From: an uncultured archaeon
GTDB taxonomy: Archaea > Asgardarchaeota > Lokiarchaeia > Sigyniarchaeales > SOKP01
Reading direction: 5' to 3'
Assembly: GCA_964486045.1 (NCBI GenBank)
Contig: CAZALK010000001.1
Location: 392,242-456,241, forward strand
Length of the DNA: 64,000 nt
A program made the position numbers and the translations under genes. The notes beneath the pieces are model-generated. The model did no database searches, was not told the origin of the DNA, and saw only the letters and a list, made by a program, of their open reading frames with translations. Below are positions 53,254 through 62,790 of the stretch, in pieces. Within the stretch, counting starts at the first letter, position 1. Each line of letters begins with the position of its first letter.

Positions 53254-54045
53254 TTACACTAATTTTTCCTGTATTATATCTAAGTAATCATTAGGATAAA
53301 TTTTCAATCCTTTTTGAAGACAATCGGGATATTTACGAAATTTATTTTTGATTAATTTGAAACAAATTTTATTTATTTCATCTAATTCCTCTGATCCTTC
53401 GCCGTAGCAAATATGTCTTAACCATCTTCTAACACAAAAAGCTACATTATCAGCTATTTGAATTCCCATGCTTTCCTTAGATTTTAGGAAATATATCTTT
53501 GGTACAATATTCCTTATTTTTATATAACTAGGATGTTCTTTTGAATAAATTGCTTTCTTTAATATATCTAATTTGTATTTATTCCATTCACCCTCATCAT
53601 CCATAAAAATAGTTAAAAAATCACATCGAGTTAATTCTTGAACAAACATTTGTAATCTTTCAATTAACATTAAATTAGCCCAAAATCTAGGATCTTTACC
53701 TTCTTCTAAATCCTTTTTAAACAGGGCTACAGAAATGATTGTAAGATTTAGACTTTCGATTATTTCAAGTCTTTTTTTATAGATCTCTAATCTTTGTTCA
53801 TAAGTTAATCGTTTAAATTCCTTTTTAATCTTATCTTTCTTTTTATTTTTTAATAACTCTTTGACATGGAATTCAACATCAGAATTTAATTTATATTTAA
53901 ACACTAATTGTTCCCTAAAATTAGACATTATAGTATCGATTTGTTGAAAATCCTCTTCTTTAATTAAAATTGCAGTCATTGAAAAAATCTTACTTTCATC
54001 ATTCATATGAGGAGATCCTGATTCATCTATGTATGCTAAGACCAT
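53254..54045 (-). CDS. DUF3800-family protein
   Basis: N-terminal YIDESGS and C-terminal SMGIQIADNVA. Confidence 0.85.
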   Translation of the reverse strand: MVLAYIDESGSPHMNDESKIFSMTAILIKEEDFQQIDTIMSNFREQLVFKYKLNSDVEFHVKELLKNKKKDKIKKEFKRLTYEQRLEIYKKRLEIIESLNLTIISVALFKKDLEEGKDPRFWANLMLIERLQMFVQELTRCDFLTIFMDDEGEWNKYKLDILKKAIYSKEHPSYIKIRNIVPKIYFLKSKESMGIQIADNVAFCVRRWLRHICYGEGSEELDEINKICFKLIKNKFRKYPDCLQKGLKIYPNDYLDIIQEKLV

Positions 54046-54377
54046 TTTTTAGTTTTACTTTTATTTTATTAGAATATCTATCTCTTTGAATTAAATAATT
54101 AATAAAAATATAAATTTATAAATTTAAATGATTTCATTTTAAGAATTTATTAAATTGGTCTAATTTTTGTATACTCTTTTTATTTTCACATATTGTTTCC
54201 TTTAACTTTTACCTATGTTTAACCCTTTTCCATATAAAAATTTAGTAGGTAAAATTTCACACTTAAAAGGGCTAAATAAAACACCTTAATAAATAGTAGT
54301 ATAATTAGAATTTTACCAGAAGTAAAAAAATAAATTTCATTAATTTGAAATTACTAGAACATTATTTTACATCTTTA

Positions 54378-54837
54378 TAATTTTTTTATTGGCGTAACAT
54401 CCTGACTTCTATCATTATGAGAATCCTTCCTATTTTTAAAATAGGATGGAAGAAGATAACACAGAGAAAGTGTCTAATCATTTCAATTTGAAATTGAAAT
54501 GAATTATTTATATGAGGATCCAATATTAGTTCAAATAAGATTGGATCTTTAACACAGAGAAAGTGTCTATACATAAAAGGCAAGTAAAAAAATTGCTTAA
54601 AAAAAAATTTAAAGCAATTTCAAATTAAATATAATTTAATTTCCACTCAAAACATTCACTCTATCTATATATTTAATACTATACCCTAAGAAAATGTAGC
54701 AGATGTGGTTGTTTATAATAAATAATTAATTAAATAAAAACAAATTAGGTTTAGGTAAAACCGTGTTTATAGTTTCTATAAACAAGGGTTCTTTGATTAC
54801 AATACTTCTTATATCTCCTCTTCCCATCTGGCAAATT
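54378..54837 (+). repeat. Structured non-coding element, copy L
   Basis: Blocks TAACATCCTGACTTC, AGAGAAAGTGTCTA (x2), a ~124-bp block at 54694-54817 and TTCCCATCTGGCAAATT are shared in inverted orientation with 58258-58665. Confidence 0.85.
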
Positions 54838-54923
54838 GATCAGTAAAAATATGTTAGTTTACTGTTATTATTAATATATTTATTTTACTTGCGATTTGCT
54901 TGATTTTCTCGGAGTCTGAAGAC

Positions 54924-55069
54924 GGGAAAATTTCCCTTCCAATTCTTTTTTTATGAGAATACTCTCTTTTCTCATGAGATTTGTGGGCATATTCTCTTTT
55001 TTAAGGGATAATCCCTTTTTTTAAACCTCTTCATACAATAAATCCCTTTATTTTAAGGGAATATCCCTT
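54924..55069. promoter_or_regulatory. Array of palindromic sites upstream of the parB cassette (parS/operator-like)
   Basis: AAGGGATAATCCCTT 55003-55017, AAGGGAATATCCCTT 55055-55069, GGGAAAATTTCCC 54924-54936, plus degenerate copies. Confidence 0.5.
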
Positions 55070-55100
55070 TTTCCTGCTAATTGGCTGAAACAAAATTAAT

Positions 55101-55208
55101 ATGGAAGGGGTTAGTTGGAAGGATATAGCATTAGGGTGGATACATAAACCTAAACCTAAACTTAAATCAAAACCAAAACCAAAATCAAAACCAAAAATCG
55201 AACAATAA
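55101..55208 (+). CDS. Small basic KP-repeat peptide (35 aa)
   Basis: MEGVSWKDIALGWIHKPKPKLKSKPKPKSKPKIEQ*. Confidence 0.4.
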   Translation: MEGVSWKDIALGWIHKPKPKLKSKPKPKSKPKIEQ

Positions 55209-55304
55209 TAATGTTTCTTTTTTTATAAAAAAAAAAACATTATTATTGATATTTTTTTAAAAATTTAAAAAATATAAAAATAAATAAAAAAAAGGTAATA
55301 AAAT

Positions 55305-55499
55305 ATGGAAAATAAAAATATTAAGATAGAAATGATTTCAATAGATGCTATAACTATTGATACAACCCAAGCAAGAAGGGGGGCATGGGAAGATGATGAA
55401 AAAGATAAAACATTAATAAATTCAATTAAAGGAATTGGATTAATTTATGATATTATTGTTAGACCTACCGATAGTGAGAAATATAATGGAAATTTTTAG
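55305..55499 (+). pseudogene. Truncated ParB N-terminal fragment
   Basis: ISIDAI...QAR...LINSIKGIGLIYDIIVRP; stops before the GxRR motif. Confidence 0.65.
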
Positions 55500-55549
55500 A
55501 AAAATTGATAATTAACTAAAATATAAAATAAACAAAAGGAGATAAAAAA

Positions 55550-56851
55550 ATGATAGAAAATATTCCTTTAGATAAATTAGTTGAAAATGATTATAACCCT
55601 AGAAAACATTTTGATGATGCTGCTATACTTAGATTATCAGAAAGTATTAATGAAATCGGTTTAGTGCAAGCATTAACTGTTAGAAAGATAGATGGAGAAA
55701 AATACGAAATTATTTGTGGTATGAGGCGATTCAAAGCAATAAATTTAATTCTTTTGGATTCTATTCCATGTTTAATAGTTGAAGCAACAGATCAACAAGC
55801 GAAATTACTTGCTTTAACTGAAAATCTCGAGAGGCAGAATTTAAACCCGATTGAAGAAGCCAGAGCATTTGTTAATATTTTAGATTGGAATCTTTTAAAT
55901 TTGAAAGATACAAAATATCAAAAAGGTATGGAAAAAAAAATAAAAGAATTAGGAAAAAATATAGGAATGAGTTCTGTAACTATTTATAATAGACTTAATT
56001 TGTTATATCTTCCAAAAGAAGTACAAGTTATGGTAGAAAATTATAATAGAGAAGCAAGAACAGGAATATCACAAAGTGCAGCATTAGAAATTACTAAATT
56101 AAAAGAAATTTCTAATGAAAAACAGCGATTCACGCATATGATTGATTTAGCAAAAACTTTTGATGGTGATATCAATAATCTTAAAGCACGAATAAAAAAT
56201 ATTTTAGAAAATATTAAAAAAACAGAAGATGTAAAAGAAAAAAAACTAGAACAATTAAGAGAATTATACGAACAAGCTATAAATGAATTAATAATAGTTT
56301 TCAATGAATCTATTGAAAAATTATTCCCTGAAGATATTGGAGAATACGAAAGTAATACAGAAATTGAAACTGCTTTAGCAAATAGCTATTTAGAATTAAC
56401 CAAATCTAAAGAAATAACTATGAAAGAAGATATTGAAAAAGATGAGGATGAAGAAAATATCAAATTTGCAATTAGTTTTTATGAGATGATTCATGATTTT
56501 TTAGAAAAATTTAAAAAAGACACACAATGGGAAAAATTACGAGAAAAACAAATTTCAATAGAAGATAAAATGGATAGATTATCGATTCATCTTCAATATG
56601 TAAAAGAGTCCCCGACTGATATTTGTGTTTATTGTGGAGCGGGTATAAATATTAATAAAATGGTAAAACAATTAAAAGAATATAAAGAAAAATTGATAGA
56701 AATAAATAATCACAAAAAGATTATAGATAAAGAAAAAAATAAAATTTCGACATGTGCAAGAAATTTAAAGAAAAAAATTGAATTTTATATTTCTAAAAAG
56801 GAATTTTACGAAGATTTAAAAAAACAAATGGAGGATGAGATTAGTATATGA
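55550..56851 (+). CDS. ParB/Spo0J-family protein with C-terminal coiled coil and CxxC
   Basis: YNPRKHF, IICGMRRFKA, ENLERQNLNPIEEA, HTH, then coiled coil with CVYCG. Confidence 0.85.
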   Translation: MIENIPLDKLVENDYNPRKHFDDAAILRLSESINEIGLVQALTVRKIDGEKYEIICGMRRFKAINLILLDSIPCLIVEATDQQAKLLALTENLERQNLNPIEEARAFVNILDWNLLNLKDTKYQKGMEKKIKELGKNIGMSSVTIYNRLNLLYLPKEVQVMVENYNREARTGISQSAALEITKLKEISNEKQRFTHMIDLAKTFDGDINNLKARIKNILENIKKTEDVKEKKLEQLRELYEQAINELIIVFNESIEKLFPEDIGEYESNTEIETALANSYLELTKSKEITMKEDIEKDEDEENIKFAISFYEMIHDFLEKFKKDTQWEKLREKQISIEDKMDRLSIHLQYVKESPTDICVYCGAGININKMVKQLKEYKEKLIEINNHKKIIDKEKNKISTCARNLKKKIEFYISKKEFYEDLKKQMEDEISI

Positions 56852-57543
56852 GTGAAGAAACAGTAGAAAGACGGGAATTTATAACTTTAATGTTAGATTA
56901 TGATGTTGGATTAGAAAAATTATTAAATACAAATTTAGAGAACGAAGGAATTGCAATATCTTCTTTTAATACTCAAGGAAGTAGTATTACTAGTGCAGAT
57001 GAAATAATTCCTGAAGGAGTTTTTATTATTAGAAGAACTATAGGAAATAAGTTTTATATGACTCGACAAACCATAAAATCAAGTAGAATTAATACATTAG
57101 ATATTATGAAAGAGGACTTTCAGAGAATTAGAAATAGAGCTTTACAAAATGATCCTACATTTGCAGGCAGAATATATTTTAATTCTATTAGCTTAGTAGA
57201 TATTGGGGATGAAACACGAATCCCTAGAATGGTAGTATTTACTAAAAATATACATTTAAAAGAAGAAGCACTTAGACGATTATTAATAGGAAAAAGTCAA
57301 ATGCCATTAGATGTTTTAGGAATATATAATTGTATTATAGACCCTGTCACAGGTGAATGGATAAAATTAAGAAGTCCCATAACACCTTTTCCTCAAAGAA
57401 TCGAAGCTTTAGATGTTTTGCATTATACTCCAAATGTTTTTAATTCTGATCTAACAAAAGCACGAAGATGTACAGGAGTAATGAAAGATGATAGAATTTT
57501 CGTAGCAGACAGTTGTGAAGAAATACCAAAAGATGTAATATAA
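56848..57543 (+). CDS. Hypothetical protein translationally coupled to ParB
   Basis: ATGA overlap, GGAGG RBS, 231 aa. Confidence 0.75.
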   Translation: MSEETVERREFITLMLDYDVGLEKLLNTNLENEGIAISSFNTQGSSITSADEIIPEGVFIIRRTIGNKFYMTRQTIKSSRINTLDIMKEDFQRIRNRALQNDPTFAGRIYFNSISLVDIGDETRIPRMVVFTKNIHLKEEALRRLLIGKSQMPLDVLGIYNCIIDPVTGEWIKLRSPITPFPQRIEALDVLHYTPNVFNSDLTKARRCTGVMKDDRIFVADSCEEIPKDVI

Positions 57544-57567
57544 CAATCGACTTTTTATAAAGAAATA

Positions 57568-57696
57568 TTACATTTCTTCTATTTCTGTTAAGAATTCTTC
57601 TGGTTCTTCCATTAATCCTTTTGCTATTTGACTTACAATCTTCTTTAAATTATATAATTCTTCTTCTATTTTATCTAATCGTTCTTCAATGGTTAT
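57568..57696 (-). CDS. Small acidic coiled-coil protein (ATA start)
   Basis: (M)TIEERLDKIEEELYNLKKIVSQIAKGLMEEPEEFLTEIEEM*; AAGGT upstream. Confidence 0.45.
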   Translation of the reverse strand: MTIEERLDKIEEELYNLKKIVSQIAKGLMEEPEEFLTEIEEM

Positions 57697-58257
57697 TTTT
57701 AAAACCTTTTAATTTATGTAATTTTACATTATATAAATATTCTTTAAAAATTTTTTATAATTACTTAACTCTTACACCACATTTAAGAGTTTCTCAATCT
57801 AAAATAAATATTTAAAGTAATCCATTTCTCTACTATTTTTATGAAAAAAAAATTGGAAATAAAGGGCACCTTTATTTCAACAAACATTGCAATTGCAATG
57901 TTTTTAGGGATTCCCTGAAAACCACCAATTCCCTATAAACTTTTGGACCAAAAGTTTCAACAAACAAAAAAATTTTTTGTTTCGACAAACACTAATAATT
58001 AGTGTTTTAACAAACTATAGAATTTCTCAATAATTTTAAGATATAAAGTTGAATCTATAGAGTTTCTCAATAGTTTCAAAAATTCAAATTAAAACTATTA
58101 AATATTTAATAGTTATTTTGAAAAAAAATTAGGATGGAGTGAGGGTATATCGAAATTTAACCCCAAAAATATATTCGCTGTTATTGGACATTTAAAATTG
58201 GATAGTAAAGATACTGATGCACAGAGGAAAATTATATCTGATTTAAAAAGGGTTGTA

Positions 58258-58665
58258 GAGATATAAGAAGTATTGTAATCAAAGAACCCTTGTTTGCAGA
58301 AACTGCATACAAGGTTTTACCCAAACCTAATTTGTTTTTATTAGATTAAATATTTAATATAAACTACCACATTTACTACATTAATTTGCCAGATGGGAAT
58401 AAGATCTTAAAATCCATGGTTTCTTTAGTACTAAAGAAATCCAGGTTTCAGAAAACCTTGGTAACTTTAGTACTAAAGTTACTAAGGTTTTGGAACATAT
58501 ATGAAGACAATTAATTTAGACACTTTCTCTTCTATTCCTATGAAGATACCATCCTTAAAACTTCTCTATATTGTCTTTTAAAATCCTTAGTAATTTTACT
58601 AGTAAAAAGACCAATATTTTATAAATTATGATGGAAGTCAGGATGTTATGGAATTAAAAAAATTA
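58258..58665 (-). repeat. Structured non-coding element, copy R (inverted)
   Basis: 58258-58295 is the exact reverse complement of 54780-54817; 58383-58399 matches 54821-54837; other blocks near 58517-58530 and 58628-58648. Confidence 0.85.
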
Positions 58666-59161
58666 ATTTCGTACTTTTTAAAGAGGAAAAGAATGGATTA
58701 AAATTTTTAATCCATCCTTTTTTTTTAAGAAAAAAACGCCTTTAAAAAGTTTAAAGGCGTTCTTTGTTTTTGTGTAAATTTCGTTTTAAATTTTTTCTTA
58801 AACGAAACTTTCATCATTTCAACCATTTAATTTCAAATTAATTGGTGTTGACAGTAAAAAATATGCTATAAATTTAGGAATTGATTTTGCGAATTATGTA
58901 AATTTAAATAGTTATTTGAGATGTATATAAATTTATATACAACTTTTTTTAAAAAATATAACACCCATGGGTGGTATTTTCCATCCTAAAAATAAATAAT
59001 TAAATATCTTCCCTATTTGTTATTACTTTTATCTATATTTTATCCAATAAGATATAAAATCCTTTTCACACATTTTTTTATATATAAGCATTATTCTACT
59101 TCACCTATTATATTATAGACTGAGAGGATTATTAGTTAGGTGTGTGAAGTGTGGGATTTTT

Positions 59162-59216
59162 GGAAACTATAATAAAACTATAAGGAAACTATATAGAAAC
59201 TATATTAAAACTATAA
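59162..59216 (+). repeat. Five 11-bp tandem repeats (nnAAACTATAw), iteron-like
   Basis: ggaaactataa taaaactataa ggaaactatat agaaactatat taaaactataa; followed by an AT-rich tract, next to the helicase gene. Confidence 0.75.
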
Positions 59217-59496
59217 TTAATATTTCACTATTTCGCTTATTATCTTCTTATTTTAATTTAGATGATCAATAAAAAATTAATTTTATTTAAAAATTTATAT
59301 ATGATCATCAAAATAAAAAAATAATATATAATACATAAAAAATATATACATATTTATTTTTAGATCATATATATTTATATTCTCAAAAATAGTTTTAAAA
59401 ATTGATAGGTAAAATTAATTATATTAATATCTTATATATGTGAGATATTAAAAGAAGGATTATAGTTTTAATATAGTAGGTTAGAGGTGGTTGTTA

Positions 59497-61782
59497 TTAA
59501 TATTTAAAATCTCCTTCCATAGCTTTCTTTTCTTCTTCGGTTAAATCTATACTTATACCAGAATCATCACTTGATAAAAATTCTCTTTTTATAAATATTA
59601 CTGCTCTTGATTTATCTATAGTTCTATAAGTATGTTCTATCCAATGTTTATCTTTTGCTGGTAATGCTTCTCTTAACTCTCCTGCTAACCCTTGAAGACT
59701 TCTTTTCCCTTCCCCATTTAATTTTAATAAAATATTAAAATCTCCTTTATTCTCTTGCGTAAAATAATAATCTCCTTTTTTATTCATTATAAGTTTATGA
59801 TTAATGTATCTTTTATCTTTTATTCTTGAAACTCTAGTAGTTTTTGTTTCTTCTTCTTCTTTTCCTTCCTTTTTCTTTATAATAATTTCCTTTTCACTAT
59901 ATATGATTTCTTCTTCATAATCTCTCGCTCTTCTACAATAATAATAAAATATTTGTAATATTGTTTTAGTTAAATTTTCTCTTGAACTCATTAATTTATT
60001 TGTTATATTATCTTTTTCTAAAATAATATCAAATGCCTTTTCAAATAGTTTAATACCAAACATAATAATCTGAAATATTTGTATTAATCGAGGATAACTA
60101 CCTAATAATTTTATTTCATCTTTATATTCCTCTTTAATAGATTCAAGTTGTTTTTCAACATCATTATTAGTCCAATCTTTAATTATATCATAAATTAAGC
60201 TAAAAAGTTTTATTTTTTCTAAAATTCTTTCTGCTTCTAACCATTTTGGATCAAGTGATAATATATCTGATGTATTAAAGAATAAATTAATAGATTTAGA
60301 ATTATAAGCAAGGTCAACAAATTCTTTAATAATTTCATTTGTATCTATACCAAGTGGTGCAGACATAAGACTTGATTGAGCTATATGAACTCCGTCTTTC
60401 TTCATCCTGTCTCTATAAAAATCATTAGTTGCCATTTCTTTTAAAATAGATATAGTATACTCATTTACTTTTTTAACTTCTTCAAAATGAGCGGGAAAAG
60501 TAGAACTAGTTATAATACCTGTTATTCGAGACGGTGAACTAAAATCACCAGAAGAAAATGGTTTATCATATATTTTATAGAATAATGTAGTAAAGAAGTC
60601 AAGAATTGCTGATTTACCTGTTTCTCTTTCACCAATTAAATTAAGTTGAGGAAATATTTTTAATATTTTTATAAAAGCCTTCCTAAAGGGTGCAGCCATT
60701 GACCAACCAATAATGATTGCCAGATTTATTGGTTTCATTTTTGTTAATTTAATAAATTTTTTCATCCATTTTCTTATTTTTAATTTTTGAGGCTTTGTAT
60801 ATTTTGCATATATTTTTTTAGCATTTTTATATGCCATAATTTGATAATGATTTGTTAATAGTATAGCCCATCCTTTTTCTTCTTCTGTTATAGGTAAAAC
60901 ACACCCATTATCAAATCCTATTGCAAGTTTAGCTGTTCTTGGTTCAAAAATGTCATCGGCACTATTAATTACCTTTTTCATTATATCTAATCCAAATCCT
61001 CCTTTATATATATCATAATTTAAAATAGAAAGTATCTCTTTCTTGCTTTGTGTATAATGAAAACGATTATTATATTTGAATGTAAATAACATTTTATCAT
61101 TTTTTTCATCATAAACTTTATACAACATTTCTAATTTTCCATTTAGAATTTCTGTTATACTTTCACTGAGTATACCACCAATTTCAATTTTCTTTAAATG
61201 ATATATTTTTTTATCAGTTATTATAATTGAATTTCCATCATAAGGTATAGTATCTATTTCAATTCCTTCTAATGTTTCTACTGATGCTGATGATGATGGT
61301 ATTATTGCTGTTGTTCTTGGTGTTTTTAGTGTTTTTTTTATTTCTTTTTCTTTATATTTTTCTCTCTTTCTTATTCTTATCCAATCTGCTTCAAAAGTAT
61401 CACCCACATATTCAAAATAATCATCTTTTAAATCTATAACTCTTTGGATAATAAAGGTTTTAACTGTTTTTTTAAAAGATGGATTAGCCTTAAGAGTTTC
61501 TGTTATAGCTGTATCAATATCATCAAATGATTCTATTGCATCTATAAAAGATTTTATTTTTTTAATATCTACTTTTTCATCGGGATCAATTTTAAACTTT
61601 GTACTACCAATTGTTAATTTCCTTGGTTCATCAGATGCAAGCTTAACATTTTTCTTCTTAGGAGCAGGTGTAGATAGTCTTTCTTCAACTGTTTTACCTT
61701 TAGAAGATTCTCGTCTACTTTCTAAAAATTCTTTGTCTTCAGCTGTTAAACCTTTATCTTCAGTCTTTTTTTCCTCTATCAT
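59497..61782 (-). CDS. Mobile-element P-loop NTPase, probable replicative helicase (DUF927/Cch-like)
   Basis: IIGWSMAAPF, Walker A GERETGKS, Walker B PAHFEE, MGE context. Confidence 0.65.
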   Translation of the reverse strand: MIEEKKTEDKGLTAEDKEFLESRRESSKGKTVEERLSTPAPKKKNVKLASDEPRKLTIGSTKFKIDPDEKVDIKKIKSFIDAIESFDDIDTAITETLKANPSFKKTVKTFIIQRVIDLKDDYFEYVGDTFEADWIRIRKREKYKEKEIKKTLKTPRTTAIIPSSSASVETLEGIEIDTIPYDGNSIIITDKKIYHLKKIEIGGILSESITEILNGKLEMLYKVYDEKNDKMLFTFKYNNRFHYTQSKKEILSILNYDIYKGGFGLDIMKKVINSADDIFEPRTAKLAIGFDNGCVLPITEEEKGWAILLTNHYQIMAYKNAKKIYAKYTKPQKLKIRKWMKKFIKLTKMKPINLAIIIGWSMAAPFRKAFIKILKIFPQLNLIGERETGKSAILDFFTTLFYKIYDKPFSSGDFSSPSRITGIITSSTFPAHFEEVKKVNEYTISILKEMATNDFYRDRMKKDGVHIAQSSLMSAPLGIDTNEIIKEFVDLAYNSKSINLFFNTSDILSLDPKWLEAERILEKIKLFSLIYDIIKDWTNNDVEKQLESIKEEYKDEIKLLGSYPRLIQIFQIIMFGIKLFEKAFDIILEKDNITNKLMSSRENLTKTILQIFYYYCRRARDYEEEIIYSEKEIIIKKKEGKEEEETKTTRVSRIKDKRYINHKLIMNKKGDYYFTQENKGDFNILLKLNGEGKRSLQGLAGELREALPAKDKHWIEHTYRTIDKSRAVIFIKREFLSSDDSGISIDLTEEEKKAMEGDFKY

Positions 61783-61912
61783 TCTTTTTCTCTTCCTCCA
61801 ACTTTAATACATAATACTCTACAGCCCTAAGTATAAATTGGGTCATAGTCTCTAATTCATTTTTAAGTATTTCAGCCCTATCTAATATATTTTTACTAAA
61901 AAGTATATTCAT
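61760..61912 (-). CDS. Small RHH/CopG-like protein
   Basis: MNILFSKNILDRAE...TMTQFILRAVEYY; overlaps the helicase start. Confidence 0.55.
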   Translation of the reverse strand: MNILFSKNILDRAEILKNELETMTQFILRAVEYYVLKLEEEKKNDRGKKD

Positions 61913-62021
61913 TCTAATAATACCTCTTCTTCTCTATTTTATTTTCTTTAAATTTATCCCTAAAATGATTAAAAATTTTTTTAAAACAATCATAAGAACC
62001 AGAATACCTATAATCTCTTAA

Positions 62022-62432
62022 TTAGTTCATTAACTCTTGAAAAGTTCCCATATAAACTGATTCATTTATCATTATGATAAATACATTTTCATCATTTTCT
62101 CTTTTAAAACCCAAAAATTGAAATTCTCCCTCAAATATTTGATGGCTATGTCCTCTTTTCTGTGTAATTCTATAAATTCCATCTCTTCTAATTTCTATAT
62201 AATGTGGATAAAAATCTATAATTTCTAATATTTTATTTTTACATTTTTTATTATTTAATTTAGTCTGAAGATAAAATTGCTCTTTATAAGATATCAGTTT
62301 AATCATTAAACTATCTATTCCATCACATAGAACATTTCTGGAAAATATAGGTATAGAATTAGTATATTCTCCTAATTTATCAAATCCATTTATCTTTATT
62401 GATAAATTGTATTTTCCTATTTTATTTATCAT
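62022..62432 (-). CDS. Hypothetical MGE protein
   Basis: 136-aa ORF coupled to 62429-62788. Confidence 0.55.
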   Translation of the reverse strand: MINKIGKYNLSIKINGFDKLGEYTNSIPIFSRNVLCDGIDSLMIKLISYKEQFYLQTKLNNKKCKNKILEIIDFYPHYIEIRRDGIYRITQKRGHSHQIFEGEFQFLGFKRENDENVFIIMINESVYMGTFQELMN

Positions 62433-62788
62433 TTTTTCACCATATCACACAATTTATTTTCAATAAATTTGCTTAAGAGTTTCTGAATAATATCGATGCT
62501 TTTAAAAACACTTTTAATTCCAAGGCAGACCCATCTCCGTATAAAGATAACAAAAGAAGCAGTATTAGATCCTTCCTCTTGGATAATGTTTAAGCTTATA
62601 ATTAAATCAAATTTTAATTTTCTCTTAAAACATCTCTTTTTCATATATAATGAATAGTTAGATTGGATTTCCTTTTTAAATTGCTTATAGGTTTTTAAGA
62701 TATTGGTTTGATTACAAATTTCGATATTATTATAAACTTCTACTAATTGTATATCCAGAATAAATTTACTCTCCCTATTTGGAGGCAT
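62429..62788 (-). CDS. Hypothetical MGE protein
   Basis: 119-aa ORF with GAGG RBS. Confidence 0.5.
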   Translation of the reverse strand: MPPNRESKFILDIQLVEVYNNIEICNQTNILKTYKQFKKEIQSNYSLYMKKRCFKRKLKFDLIISLNIIQEEGSNTASFVIFIRRWVCLGIKSVFKSIDIIQKLLSKFIENKLCDMVKK

Positions 62789-62790
62789 TT

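Noticed and set aside
54469-54569. AACACAGAGAAAGTGTCTA repeated at 82-bp spacing as a mini-CRISPR
   Set aside because: Only two copies, hairpin-filled spacer, no cas genes; treated as part of element L
54386-54583. 65-aa minus-strand ORF (also 57621-57815)
   Set aside because: Lies over the non-coding repeat or antisense to a better ORF; composition looks spurious
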